Notes under the pieces: model-generated
The model's database searches: none
What the model was told of the DNA's origin: nothing
The model's input: only the letters and a program-made list of their open reading frames with translations
Shown: positions 35,702 through 54,281 of the stretch, piece by piece
Position numbering within the stretch: position 1 is the stretch's first letter
Layout of the letters: every line of letters begins with the position of its first letter
Assembly: GCA_002104905.1 (NCBI GenBank)
Contig: MCFE01000396.1
Span: forward strand, 1 to 64,000
DNA: 64,000 nt
DNA from: Basidiobolus meristosporus CBS 931.73
Lineage: Eukaryota > Fungi > Basidiobolomycota
Reading direction: 5' to 3'
Translations under genes and position numbers: made by a program

Positions 35702-37562
35702 ATGAGTCAAAAAAATTTGGTTAGACGCGAGCTATTAGCCGGCACTGTTGTACGAGGTGATACTAGTCAGACCATCGATGCAGCTAAGCAAATAGCCGAG
35801 CTTGCTTCCAAAGATCCTTCTTCCCTAGCGCCGCATGCAAACGATCTTATTATTGCTGTCACTCTTAAATTGTCCCTTCTGTTTGATTACGGGAAAATGG
35901 GCAACGTTTGGGCCCAACAGACCACGCATTTGCTGTCTGCCCTGACTAAACTTTCTTCGGCCAATGAAGTGGCTAGTGTTCTAAAGTACGACGCACTCTA
36001 CCAGCTGTTCACGCGACTGGTGAAGTATCTCCTTGACGATTTTGTCGAGAAACTCCCTGCTTCCGCAAAGGATTCATTGAACTCGGTATTTTGCAAGGTT
36101 GTGAAACGCGCCCATCCAAATGCTATATGCAGGTCAGTATCCAGTAAGATCCGATGATTACTGCTGCCCGGTGATACTGACGGTTGATTGCAGAGTCCTG
36201 TTCAACACCTTTCTTCTTCACATCAACGGTCTCATCAAGAACGACGAAAACACGGAAGAGCACTACAAGTGCTACGATATTGTCCAAAAGCTAATCTGGC
36301 GGGTGGCCAAAGGGCTGCGCGAGCAAATTAACCTCAAGAAGGTCAACCAGGAGAGGCTCCTGGCAGACATCAACCAGTTTCTGGAAAACTTTGATGCCCA
36401 GCAGTGGAGTTTGGTTACGCAGCGCTTAAGATTCACCAACAGCCCGTGGCAAACTGTGAAGGCCATATTGAGTCTCCTGATACACATTCACAAGGAAAAA
36501 ATCTTCTCACGCCTTACCCTGATCCCTAACTCAACCCAAAGCCCAATCTATATCAAGATTCTACACTCGCTGCAGAATTCCCCAGCGATCGGTAAGCAAA
36601 GGCACTTGGTATGTTCATCGGCCGATACTCACACCTTCTCCATGTAGACCGCCGCTTACTGGAAGACAAATTCAATAGCTCCCAAGAGAACCTCGCCTCC
36701 TCCCCGAAGACCCGTAGCCGCTCCATCAGCCCAGTCCAAACCATGGATGATCAGCTGGATCGAATTTTCCAGCGAATCCGACATGGATCCACGATGCATG
36801 ATGTTGGTTATCTTCGATTCTCCCCATTTTTAGTTCATGCACTGATGTTGTTTCGCAGGGGGTGCAGGAGCTCAAGGAATTCCGTCTCAAGAACCCACAG
36901 GCGGAGGAAGCGGTAAAAAGCCGATTGGCCAAGCTCAGTCATGGTTTCCAGATGTACATCCGTCGATTTGCCTTGAGGCTTGATGGCGACTATCTTTCAC
37001 GGCCGATGTCCGCCAGCTCCGATAGTCTAACCTCGTATCGATCACTTCAAACCGGATCCTCTACTCCAACCTCTACTCACACACTCAAAACTGCATCCAC
37101 CACATCCCCCTCTGCCAAGTCCATCACAACCCCAACTTCTACACGGGCTCTCAAAACCGGATTAGCCTCCGCACAGTCTCTCAAAACCGGATTAGCCTCT
37201 GCACGGTCTCTCAAGACCGGCTCGGTTACCCCAACTATCCAACGTGGGAGTATGATCAGCAGCCCAAAAAAGTCGGTCTTCAGATCTACCAAATCTAAAT
37301 CGCTTGCGATGTCGCTATCCATGTTCGAGGACCCTGATCGGAAAGGTAGCTTGTTGTGCCATCTCAGGCTTGAGTCAGTATTAACCTGCATATCACCTGT
37401 ATAGCGACTCCACAGAAGGCTGTGGCCCCGGAGCGACTTGACTCCATCAAGAAGATGTTCGAGTATTCGGTAGGTGCTTGAATTTCTGTGCTCTCTCCTG
37501 TACGATTTCTGATCCCTATCCAGGGCCTTTCCAACACAAGAAGCAAAATGGCTAGATCTTGA
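35702..37562 (+). CDS. Protein consisting only of the XMAP215/ch-TOG (CKAP5/Stu2/Alp14) C-terminal domains; ~520 aa, 6 exons
   Basis: GDTSQTIDAAKQI...HANDLIIAVTLKL...LVKYLLD...VQKLIWRVAK...ERLLADINQFL...PWQTVKAILSLL...DQLDRIFQRI...GVQELKEF...FQMYIRR is collinear with the CKAP5 C-terminal region. All introns join in frame. Confidence 0.78.
37148..37227 (+). repeat. 30-bp coding tandem repeat (~2.6 copies; LKTGLASA(Q/R)S)
   Basis: CTCTCAAAACCGGATTAGCCTC(C/T)GCAC(A/G)GT at 37148 and 37178, with a partial copy at 37208. Confidence 0.85.
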
Positions 37563-37774
37563 ATTGTCTGTATAAGAGCAAAAAATCCCACGCGAAACCC
37601 TTTTGTCTGGCATAGGAGGTTTTCTTCATTTTTCATGTAATTCATTGGTTTGTACGTTTATTATTGTTGACTGTCTCTAGAGATCTGTGGATTATGACAG
37701 TATTATAAAATGACTGGTATATTAAGTTGTGCTCATAAAAAAATGGGGCTCCTCGATAATATGTAGATGGCTGA

Positions 37775-38233
37775 TTACATACAGGTTCGATTCTTCAGAG
37801 AGCGGAAGTGGCTACGTCCCAGTACGTCGTCTCTTGTCGTCTCGGCAGCAGCCATGATTTTCTCCAACAAATTCGGTGGGACCTCAAGATCTACACAAGC
37901 CTGACGTAGGTTGACCAGCACCGCATCGAAGTTCGCATCATTAAGCTCTAATAACCGTTTGTGAACTGCTCGCATTTTACGAGTGTTTATCTCTCGTCCA
38001 CCTAGCAGGTGCACCAGAAACACCGTTTGCATTCGCTCCAGTCGCTCGATATTGATCCCTCTGAAGAATATCCTAGTGTCCTCAACGGTCACGTTGTAAC
38101 GATAAAACTGTTTGACTATCTTTTCAACCTTTTCGACGCCCAATTCGGCCAGTACTGTTCCTTCCTTGGGCTCAATCAGATAGAGCTCGCCGCTGGCTTT
38201 AAACGGACAGCCGGTGGCATTGTCTTGGCTCAT
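37775..38233 (-). CDS. Group 1 truncated (2/2) haemoglobin, intronless
   Basis: QFY (TyrB10), IFF (PheCD1), RLERMQ (LeuE7/GlnE11), LLGG, proximal His in RAVH, and DANFDAVL...ETTRDDVL. Confidence 0.85.
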   Translation of the reverse strand: MSQDNATGCPFKASGELYLIEPKEGTVLAELGVEKVEKIVKQFYRYNVTVEDTRIFFRGINIERLERMQTVFLVHLLGGREINTRKMRAVHKRLLELNDANFDAVLVNLRQACVDLEVPPNLLEKIMAAAETTRDDVLGRSHFRSLKNRTCM

Positions 38234-38933
38234 TTCTCTGGATAACTAGTAAATAAATGGAAATATGTACAATTACAGGTGTGCGGGAAAGGAGTGGGTT
38301 TTGGTTTTCGGGAAAGCGAAGGAGGCCGACCCTTTTTAAACCTGCTGTGAAGGTTTTCTATTTGCCGGGAGTGGGGAGTGTGGTTGAAATTCAATGTTTG
38401 CTCATGTGTCATACATCAAGGTACCATTGCTGGAAATAGATTTACGTGATCACAGTTGATCAAAGGCTGATATTTCTATTCAGGCCACCGCTGTCACCTT
38501 ATCCACTTTGGGAATTAAAGGCCATATCCATCGACCCTATAATTCAATAGATTCCAATCTCAATTAGTTGCTTTTAGCTATATTGGCCTCGACTTTTCAG
38601 GCAGGCAGGTTCAGAAGTGTCCTAGATGGCTCTGCCAAGTATAACCTCTTTCATCAACTACGCCAATCATCTTCCATTTAAGGAGACAGACCGCTTCTCA
38701 TAAATTACTGTTGAAGTTCGCTGACTAGGCTTATGGACGGACTCGCTATACTGAGATTCTACGACTAAGCATATGGCGAACTCGCTATACTTTGGATTCT
38801 ACGCTAACCCTAAGTCTCGAGGTGTGGTGCTGGAAATACCCTGATCGTGACTCACTTGGATTTCTAATAAAGCATCGGCCCAATAAACATTTATTATTCC
38901 TATTAATTGCTACTGATTATTGTCATGGGCCAT

Positions 38934-39342
38934 CTACTGTCGTCCACGAACATACTGTGCAACAATGCTGGTAAAGTATTCTCCTTGATGGGCAGCTACC
39001 TCGAGCTCTTTCGAGGATGGCATTCTCGATCCATCCCCATTGGTGATGGTTCCAGCACCATAGGCACTTCCCCCGATCACGCCCGTGTTGTCACTCAGGT
39101 GGGGTGAGGTGAAGCCCAAGGGGACATAGATGATCCCATGGTGGGCAAGGGTGGTAAGCGAGGTCAGCGCTGTGGTCTCCTGCCCGCCGTGCTGAGAAGC
39201 GGTGGAGGTGAAGAAGGTCGCCATCTTCTTGGTGTATGCGCCACGGGCCCACAGGCCACCCGTGGTGTCCCAGAAGGCGCGCCATTGCCCTGGCATGGAG
39301 CCGTATCTGGTGGGCATCCCGAAGAGGAGTTCGGATGTGATG
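38934..39342 (-). pseudogene. 5'-truncated inverted copy of the flavodoxin-like quinone reductase at 41135-41758
   Basis: About 98% identical to 41370-41760. Homology stops right after the stop codon. A 21-bp deletion removes MEEADGL, and the N-terminal ~65 codons are absent. Confidence 0.88.
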
Positions 39343-39549
39343 GAGATAGGAGAGGTAGCTATATAGTTTTCTAATGTTCCAAATGGAGGTTTTCCTCCAC
39401 TGCAGTGTGGGATGAGCTCGTAATATTTGGTAATTGAAATGATCCCTTCGCAGCCATATGAGGCTTAATTTACCGGCAATGGGAAAGATTTATTTGTCAG
39501 TTCAAGGGCTCCACTACTCAAAACGTATTTACATCAATCTACCAGGTAA

Positions 39550-40853
<1,304 letters not shown>

Positions 40854-41134
40854 GTTGGGTGACTATCATACAAGTGCTTCAAGGCTATTACAATAAGTGA
40901 TTTGTTGATATTATCTAAGCACTATATTGGTATGACAAAATCAACGTAATTGCTCAGGTACTATGGTACTTACCTCAATGAAACTTGATCATCTCGTGTC
41001 CCCTAGATGTATATTAAAGTTCATTTAAGGCGACAATTTATCCGTCGGAAAATTATTCCAGTTTACGGTGTGCAATAAGCTATATAAATGGCTTTTCGAT
41101 TGTTCGAGCAAAGGCCTAACCTGTATATTTCATC

Positions 41135-41758
41135 ATGACAGCACCAAAGACCAAGATTTTCATCGTCATCTACACCGTCTACCAACACATCTACAAGATG
41201 GCCTTGGCCATCAAGGAGGGGGTTGAGAAGGTGGACAACGTCGAGGTCACCATCTTCCAGGTGCCGGAGACTCTGTCCCAGGATCTACTGGACAAGATGC
41301 ACGCCCCACCAAAGCCAGACATTCCGGTCATCACACCCGAGCTCATGGAAGAGGCGGACGGCCTCATCTTCGGGGTGCCCACCAGATACGGCTCCATGCC
41401 AGGGCAATGGCGCGCCTTCTGGGACACCACGGGTGGCCTGTGGGCCCGTGGCGCATACACCAAGAAGATGGCGACCTTCTTCACCTCCACCGCTTCTCAG
41501 CACGGCGGGCAGGAGACCACAGCGCTGACCTCGCTTACCACCCTTGCCCACCATGGGATCATCTATGTCCCCTTGGGCTTCACCTCACCCCACCTGAGTG
41601 ACAACACGGACGTGATTGGAGGAAGTGCCTATGGTGCTGGAACCATCACCAATGGGGATGGATCGAGAATGCCATCCTCGAAAGAGCTCGAGGTAGCTAC
41701 CCATCAAGGAGAATACTTTACCAGCATTGTTGCACAGTATGTTCGTGGAAGGCAGTAG
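41135..41758 (+). CDS. PST2: Flavodoxin-like NAD(P)H:quinone oxidoreductase (WrbA/Pst2/Ycp4 family), intronless
   Basis: IVIYTVYQHI, FQVPETL, DGLIFGVPTRYG, FWDTTGGLW, FTSTASQHGGQETT, GGSAYGAGTI. Confidence 0.92.
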   Translation: MTAPKTKIFIVIYTVYQHIYKMALAIKEGVEKVDNVEVTIFQVPETLSQDLLDKMHAPPKPDIPVITPELMEEADGLIFGVPTRYGSMPGQWRAFWDTTGGLWARGAYTKKMATFFTSTASQHGGQETTALTSLTTLAHHGIIYVPLGFTSPHLSDNTDVIGGSAYGAGTITNGDGSRMPSSKELEVATHQGEYFTSIVAQYVRGRQ

Positions 41759-42058
41759 ATCACTTGATACAATAAATAAACCTAATTTTAATCAAATTAT
41801 GAGTTATACCATAGCAACTATGACTAATCCTGGGAGAGTATTTACGCGTGGATTGGGTTCCCTGAAATCCATGGAGTGAAATTAAGCCTCAGTTGCACCC
41901 CAAATCCCCGCTTTCTCAACAATGCATCATAAATCAGTGATGGGGAAGCCCTACTTATATGTGAAATGCTACTAACCCCAATTGAAACCAAGTCGGGCAC
42001 GAACCTGCTCAAAGGCAAACAATAGACCACACCTCTTCACAACCCTTCTTACGCTGAA

Positions 42059-42554
42059 ATGTTTGGCATCCGTTCTCTAGCTACCTCTGTTGCTCGTACC
42101 TCACCTCTTGTTCTTCGTGCAGCTCAACATGCCCGCACTACACAAGGTATCTTCTAGCTTCCTCACAAATGGCTTTTTATACTGTATTTACGCACTTACT
42201 CACGCCTGATTTCATCTTGTAGTTGGTGCTCGTTTCTACTCTGCTCATGAGGAAGAATCTTTCGAAACTTTAACCGACCGTTATGTCAAGTTTTTCGAAG
42301 GCGTTGATGATGTCTTTGAGCTTCAGCGTGGTCTTAACAACTGCTTTGCATATGACATGGTTCCCTCCCCCTTGGTTATTGAATCTGCCCTCAAAGCTGC
42401 CAGACGTGTAGATGATCTTGCTACCGCAGTTCGTGTTTTCGAAGGCTTAAAGCAAAAAGTCGAGAATGAAGGACAATACAAGCAATATCTGGAAGAACTA
42501 AAAGGTATTAGAGAGGAGCTTGGTGTCCCCACTAGAGAAGAGTTGGGTATCTAA
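42059..42554 (+). CDS. COX6: Cytochrome c oxidase subunit VI (COX5A family), 2 exons
   Basis: Mitochondrial presequence; EESFE...DVFELQRGLNNCFAYDMVPSPLVIESALKAARRVDD...FEGLKQKVEN...ELGVPTREEL. Confidence 0.95.
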
Positions 42555-42894
42555 AGACGATCCAACCCCCACTCTTGTTTGGAGCTTCACTTGAAAGTTT
42601 TCAATTAGTTTGGACCTGAGTTCTCGCGTAAATAAACTATTGTCGTACATAACCACATGGAACATTGTTTGCTGGCTGTTATTCTCATACCAGTCTATTT
42701 TCCGCAACTGACGGGTAGCTCTTCGTACAACCAGAATCTTGGTTTGGTGCATATGAATTGTGTCCAGTGCTGTATTGCTTCGTTACCCCGAAATCGCTAA
42801 GCCCTAATTTTGTAAATATTCGTCACGTGGAATACGTTGGTGAAAAACTCTGCTATTTCGGCTGCCAGTTGTTTCCTCGGTGAACACCTTCGAT

Positions 42895-47608
<4,714 letters not shown>

Positions 47609-47791
47609 AGAACACCCTTTTCAGAGATTCCATATATTAAACGATTGCATCCCACAATATGACACGACGTTGATGATTTGGTATGGTCGAACGATGCTCG
47701 TATAGACTTGCCAAGTCTTTAATTTCATTAATATACGTTATGTACGATAAAAAAGTAATATGTAAAGCGGGAAGGCAGCGATGAGGGGCGC

Positions 47792-49395
47792 TCAATAGTC
47801 CTCGTCGTTACCGTGATCAAAGAGATAGTTGGCTGCTAGTTCCTCGTTCTTGTCGCAAGCAAAATAGGCCTCAATCACGCGCGCACGGTCAAATCCAAGT
47901 CCACATAACTTAAGAAGATGTTAGCATTGAGGGTCAAGCAACGCGGGTAAACTGGTGGGCTTACTCTTTCGATCGCCTCCTTCTCTTCCTGGGTAACTTG
48001 AATGGTATGGGCACCAGGGGGGATTCCATCACCTCCTTCGCCTCCCTCACCACCCGCCTCGCTAAGCAGTTGCAGGAACGTATCTTGGTTGGCATTGATA
48101 AGCTACGTGGACATAAATAAGTTTCGTGAATGGTGTCGATGAACATTAAGTGTACGTACCTGGAGCAACTGTGGGTTTGCTTGGCCTAGTTGCTGTAGGA
48201 GTGGTTGTAAGAGTGCAGGGTTTTGTTGAACTAGCTGGCGCAGCTGTTGGAATTGAGGTTGAGATCTCAAGAAGGAAAGATCCCCACCACCCCCGGTTGC
48301 CTGGGGCTGAGCTCCTCTTTCCTGAGCAGCTTGCTGAGCAGCAGCAGTAAACAGATTCTGGGGTTGTCCTAGAGTGATGTTGATTAGCACGTGGATTCGA
48401 GGTTTGGCCGTTAGCTCAGTTACCTGAGGCAGGTGACGCTGGGACTTGGCTAGGGGTGTGCGCTTCTTGCTGGGCAGGTTGCTGGGTGTTTCCGAGCAAA
48501 TGTTCAGGAATACCCTATGGGCAAAGGGAACCATGTGAGTAGGGTGCACTCTTCTTGAAATCCATTTTCTTTACAGCATACGTTCATCAGGTATTCCACT
48601 GCTCTCTCAGGGTTATTGAAACTAGCTCTCAAAGCCTTGGTGACTTGCTCACGTTCAAAGCCCATCTCGATCATATTGTTAATGGCTGCCTCATACTCAG
48701 GTCCCGTCACTGTATCAAGAATTATGTCAGCATGGCTTTGGCGGTAAGGTTGGGAAGGCAAAGTGGTTACCAAGGCCATTGCCAGACTCCCATCCCGAGG
48801 AAGACGATTGTGTGGTGGTATTATCGGAGGTGGCAGTACTAGTAGTAGTGGTAATGGGAGCTGATGTTGCACTGGCTTCTGAAGCTGGTTTCTCCTCAAC
48901 AACAGGGGCTGGAGCAGCAGCAGTGGTAGTTGGCGCAGTAACAGCGGGAGTAGCTGGTGCAGGAGATTTCGCCGCAGCAGGGGAAGCTTTTGGCTTTAAG
49001 AGGAATCAGGAATCGCTCACCACACAAGTTGATCTCAACACCCAAACATACCTTCGAAACCATAACCACCATGAAATCTTTTTCCGTGACGTTGCAGCTA
49101 GCTACGGTTTGGTCGTCGTTCAAAATCTTGCCTATTTAACAACGTGAGTTGACGAAACATTACCCAGACCGTTGACAAATAACCCCTCTAGTACCGGAAA
49201 AAATCAGCTTTTGGTGGGACACTTGGTGACCTTGAGATTGCTCGATCTTCTCTTTGAGGGTGGAAATCTAAAGCAAGCTCCTTGTTGAGAAGGAAGACCA
49301 CGTTACAGTAGGGGGAATTGACAAGATACCTTGTCCTCGGGCTCGACATCTATTTGGAAGGCTTTTTGTTGCAATGTCTTGATCGTGACCTTCAT
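47792..49395 (-). CDS. RAD23: UV excision repair protein Rad23 (UbL-UBA-XPC-UBA), multi-exon
   Basis: [23 protein letters not shown]...[64 protein letters not shown]. Confidence 0.95.
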
Positions 49396-49759
49396 TATGA
49401 ATGTATCAAGTGTTGTTGCGTTTAGAGAGTGGACAAGTAACTTCGAACCAAAAAATACCAAGAGCTTGATTACGTCAACAACAATATATCTCAGATCTCT
49501 TGGTAAGTCAACGTAATGAAATTATTTCACCCAGTTGATACCTCATTGTTGATCCCATTCCGTGAGTGATTCACTTCAAGTTAACTCGACTTCATCACAT
49601 AACCCACTCCCGCAATCATGATGTCACCGCGCTTAATTGACTATCCTCAAAAGGCATCAGAAATGACAATGGTGACGGTGTGACCGGCATTTTAGTCAAT
49701 CCCAAACATTTGGAATTTATAAGGGATTGGTTTTGCTGAGTACCTCATTTCTTCCACCT

Positions 49760-50290
49760 ATGTTCAACCGAACCAAGGACACACTTCCACAACACCAGGG
49801 GGACGTTCGCAACGGCGAGCGCCGCAAGAAGAAGAAAAAGATGAAGGTAAACGCGAAACAAGGCAAGAAACTCCTCGAGCACATACGCAAGATCACCCTA
49901 TGGCTAGACCAGCACCCAACCTTACCTTTCGGTATTGGCTACGAGGCCGTGATCGGGCTCATCCCAGTGTTGGGGGATTTCTTTGGCCTCTTTGCCTCCC
50001 TGTACCTTTTCTTCCTTTCCTGCAGCTTTGGCTTGCCTTACTCATTGAAGGTACGCATGCTCCTGAATATTTTCTTTGACTGGCTCATTGGGATTACCCC
50101 TATCTTGGGGGATGCTCTGGATGCTATGTTTAAATCCAACTTGAAGAACCTGAAAATGCTGGAGCGCCACATCGAACGTCATCAATTGTTAATAGAGGAG
50201 GAGGAGTGTGGTGGCCAACGACCGGTTGCTACACCGAACAGTCCCTTGCTTTCCCATCCAGGAAGCTCTCAGCAGACCAATCCGGTATAA
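49760..50290 (+). CDS. DUF4112 membrane protein, intronless
   Basis: WLD...GIGYEAVIGLIPVLGD...RMLLNIFFDWLIGITPILGDALDAMFKSNLKNLKMLE is the DUF4112 signature. Confidence 0.85.
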   Translation: MFNRTKDTLPQHQGDVRNGERRKKKKKMKVNAKQGKKLLEHIRKITLWLDQHPTLPFGIGYEAVIGLIPVLGDFFGLFASLYLFFLSCSFGLPYSLKVRMLLNIFFDWLIGITPILGDALDAMFKSNLKNLKMLERHIERHQLLIEEEECGGQRPVATPNSPLLSHPGSSQQTNPV

Positions 50291-50583
50291 CGAACAACCA
50301 GCTAGGTTTTCAACGATTTTAATGAGTTACAGTTTAAAATGGCGAATCTCTTTTTCACGCTGAGAATTCTGCAGCTGGTATCTTACGTGCTCTTTGCCGA
50401 TATCAAGGGTCATGTGTATAGTGTAGATAAATGTTGGCATTAGTTAATCCTTTTCTTGGACGGTGCGAGTGTGAATTCATTAACAAATAAAATTATACTC
50501 TAAATCTATGTTTATCCTAGAGAAACTACTGGATTGATTCTAATAAAATTAAACTCCCTTGGCATTCGAATTTGGCTATCAGA

Positions 50584-53500
50584 TCACATCCGTCTAGCAC
50601 CCAGCGAGCTTGGTTTCTTCTTGTCCCGTTGTTCGTTCAACCGCTAACAGGCATCGATGACATGAGTTCTATAAATACCACGCAAATTCATGTACCTGAG
50701 CGATGACCACTTACCGTGCGTCTCTCTTCACGCTTTTGGTTCGCCTCTTTCGGCTGGCTGGATTGTGTAACGTTTGTAGGTGTTAAGGGTTTGAATTTGT
50801 TTGGTGGCATGGCTGAGGAGCCCCAGTTATTGTTGTCATTATCCCAGTCTCCACCGAAATCTTCATCCCAGCCAGATGTATCCATGTCCCATGGATCTTG
50901 CTTGAAAAAAGTCGACGTGTTTTTTGGTTTGGGAGGTCCTTGCAACTTCATACTAGCAAGCGCCATCGTTGCAGAGACGGGGGCATTTTTCTCTTTATAC
51001 GGTTCAGGGGTGAGCGGGTTTGCTTTGACAAAAAATCAATGAGATTGAGCACAAGCCACTAAACCAACAATGTGGCACTTACCTAAGCCCTGTTTAGTAT
51101 TGTAGCTACTGTAGGTGGAGGAGAAACCACCGAAACCACCTTCCTGCGGAGTGGCCATATTTGAGGTGTTTGCACAAGGGACGGGCTCTGAGTGTGGTGC
51201 TGGCGTAGAAGGAGAAGCGGCTTGAGAGTTGCTTGAAGATTCGGTATTGGGATTGGAATCGATAGTATCTGTAATCTAAGAAAAATCGAGGAATAAGTAG
51301 GACTTCATCGACAACGTATGCTTGTTGACCTATCCACCTTCTTCGTGATAGACGACACGGCCCAGCCTGCCCAGCCCTCCTCTTGAGAGTTACCACCCTG
51401 GGCCTGCTTAGGAGCGCTCGCTGTTATGACGGTCGTATCGGGCTAAATACACAAAGACAGTAGTGATTAAATATTTGATGAAAAGGTGAGGAAGATGCAA
51501 TTGTTGGCCGAACCATTGAGTTGGCAACAGCCTCGAGCTTCTTTATGAATATCCCTATGGCCTTGAATGCTTGGTCCCGAACGATCCTATTCGCGCAATT
51601 CCTGGTTAGTGTCTAGAAATGACAAACGAGTAAAGGAACACATCTACATACTTTTCCGAGTCGAGCAGGCACGAAGAAATGCAAGGAATGATTTTTGTGG
51701 CCTTCTCGGCAGGTTCATAATAATCCACAGTGGCTACACAAAATACGGTTCATTCATCGGATTAGAGTGAAGCATCAAGCATCCAAAATTACCACTGAGC
51801 GCCATCAAACTGGCCATTCTAGCATGAGGGAAAGGATCTCTCAGACTTTTTACAAATGCGCTACCCAAAGCATTTTTCTTATTCTGCGGTGAGCAGTGTC
51901 AGGAAAGGCCACCCATGAATCCAATAAATAAAGCTGACTTACAGAATCGTTCAGGCTACTAGCGATTTTCCCTAAGCAGATGATGGTATTCGTTCTGATG
52001 CCAGGTTGTTCGTCGATTTGCAATTTGGCCAAATAGCGCATGAGATCATTATTAATGACTCTATCGCTTAGCTAAAGTACATTTTCATCAGAGGGATCCG
52101 ATTAATTGAGACTGAGTATCCATCACACTACCTTAGGAATCAGCATCAAAACCGCTCTAAGAGTCTGCTCTCTTAACACCGGAACCGAATCAGTGAATCC
52201 AGAGGCCTGGTTATGAACACCAAGGAATAAGCACATGTTGAGTTTCGTGACGCTTGCGGGGCACTTACGAAGTGAGGGAAAATCTTGTCATTAACAATCC
52301 TTTTGTCCAGGTGTTTGATGAAACTCCCAAGATTTTCTAAAAGACTCAATCGAATGGTTCTATCGGTGACGCTGAACATCTTGACAACGGTGGGAAGCAA
52401 CTGTGCTTCAAACTCTTTATCATCGAAATATTCACCGATCTTCATCATCAAACCAAGGGCTCTGGGTCCTCCAGAACCAAACTCCAAGGCCTTGGATAGC
52501 TCAGGGAGGATCTTGTATTTACAAAAGTCCTGTGGCAATTTATCCAAGGCGCTCTGCAAACCCCTAAGTCATAATTAGTATAAAGACGTATCTTTGCTTC
52601 CATGGAGATCCCTTACTTGAAGAAAGCTTCTTTCTCACTGGCTTCTTTCACTGCAAAGTTCTCAAGAAACAGGTTGATTTGGATCAACTCATTCTGGAAA
52701 TAGCCGTTGCTCATCAGGCCTCCATCAATAAAACTGGCCAAAGATAGGCGGCCTCGAGGCTCTGGAGCGAGTAGTGATTTGTATTGGTTGAAAAGATTCT
52801 GTATAATGTGCGGATTAGTCGAAGTAAGGCTTTTTTAACCGTTACATGCAATGTACCATAGGTATAGAGCCTCTCTGGTAAATTTGCTCGGGATAGTTGA
52901 TATCACCGTTAAATGCCTCGTATATCATGCACCCATATTGCCAAGAATCAGTTACACCCGGCCCATAGCTAAGTTGAAAAAGTAAATTGATACGTCACGA
53001 TACAATATCTTTAGCAATGCTAGTTACTCTTTGATTACTCTTGGAGAATGCTTCTTGATTTCAGGGGTGGCATACTTGGCGAAATCCGGCATCAATTCGC
53101 CATAATTCTAATCAGTAGTGGATTGAGTGGTTAAGTGGATAGTCAAGCTTCTTAGATAAAAAGGCATTACCACAATAAACGGAGATTCTTCCTGGATGGA
53201 TGAAAGTAGCTCGAAACCACCCAGCTTCCATTCTCCCGCCTTGTTGGTGAAAATAGAATTCACCCGAATATTTCCGTGCACTAGGTTACAGTCGGTGTTT
53301 AAGAATTTCACAGCGTTCTGAGTATTCTTTGGAATGAGTGCGAATCAAAGTAGCATCACTTCGAAGAAATAACCAACCGCAATTTTGTAAAATCCCCAGA
53401 AGAGGAGTTGACTGTCGTTGGTTGCCTTCAACTGTTGAGATAGTGGGAAGATGGGATCGGTGACTATATAGATGTATTCCTCAGTCTACCAAAAGTGATA

Positions 53501-53895
53501 CAAGTTAGGCTATGCGAAAGGCGAAAGCAAGTGCCAGCGCTAAAAAACAGACCTCAATACCATCAAGGTAGCGAATCAAGTCTGGGTGTCGAAGCGTCTT
53601 CACTCTTTTAAAATGATTTCTAGCTAATGGAAGCAAATGTCGCTTGCTAACACAGTCGAACGCAAAAATCGATACGGGTGAATTGTCGGCCTATGCTCGG
53701 TCGTTAAGTAACTACGAGTAACTGAATAAATGGTACATAAATTGAGGATACCTTTTTGACCCCTTCGTGCAACGACCAGATGGAAGCACCCTCATAGTCG
53801 TAATCTTTTTCCTTCAGCACGTAAGGAAAGGATTGATCTTGGCCGCTGACAACTCGGGAGAGTGTTGATTTGACTAACCCCGAAAAATAGGACAT
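50584..53895 (-). CDS. CEX1: SCY1-like pseudokinase with HEAT repeats (Cex1/SCYL1), multi-exon
   Basis: SIWSLHEG, KTLRHPDLIRYLD, VHGNIRVNSIFTNKAGEWKLGGFE, KILPELSKALEFG, DRTIRLSLLENL, DEQPGIRTNTIICLGKI, and a WDED/DWD low-complexity tail. Confidence 0.9.
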
Positions 53896-54281
53896 TTCAA
53901 CGGAGTTGGTGTAAGTCTTGGATACACTGGAACTAAGCTAGTGTAAATATCACAAGTTATTTACTATTGGGCACGGAAAGCTCACTGCCTGTATGCTGTA
54001 AAGGCGAAAAAGCCAATGAGATTACTTGATTAATGTCGAGATAATGGTAAATCCATTCAAATCAGGTCTTCAATGCAACTTAGCTGGCTTCCAAATGAAT
54101 GATATCTAAGAAACCCTAACCCTACACTTAGCAATTCTGTATTGAATCTAAAGTTGATCCGAAAATTTCTCGAGATTGGTGATTGGGCTAGGCACGTGAC
54201 GCGACCACCTCGACTATATTCCAGATGCTGAGAAAAGTTTTCTCTACCACCTGAAACTGCATTCTTTGTAGAGTTAACACC

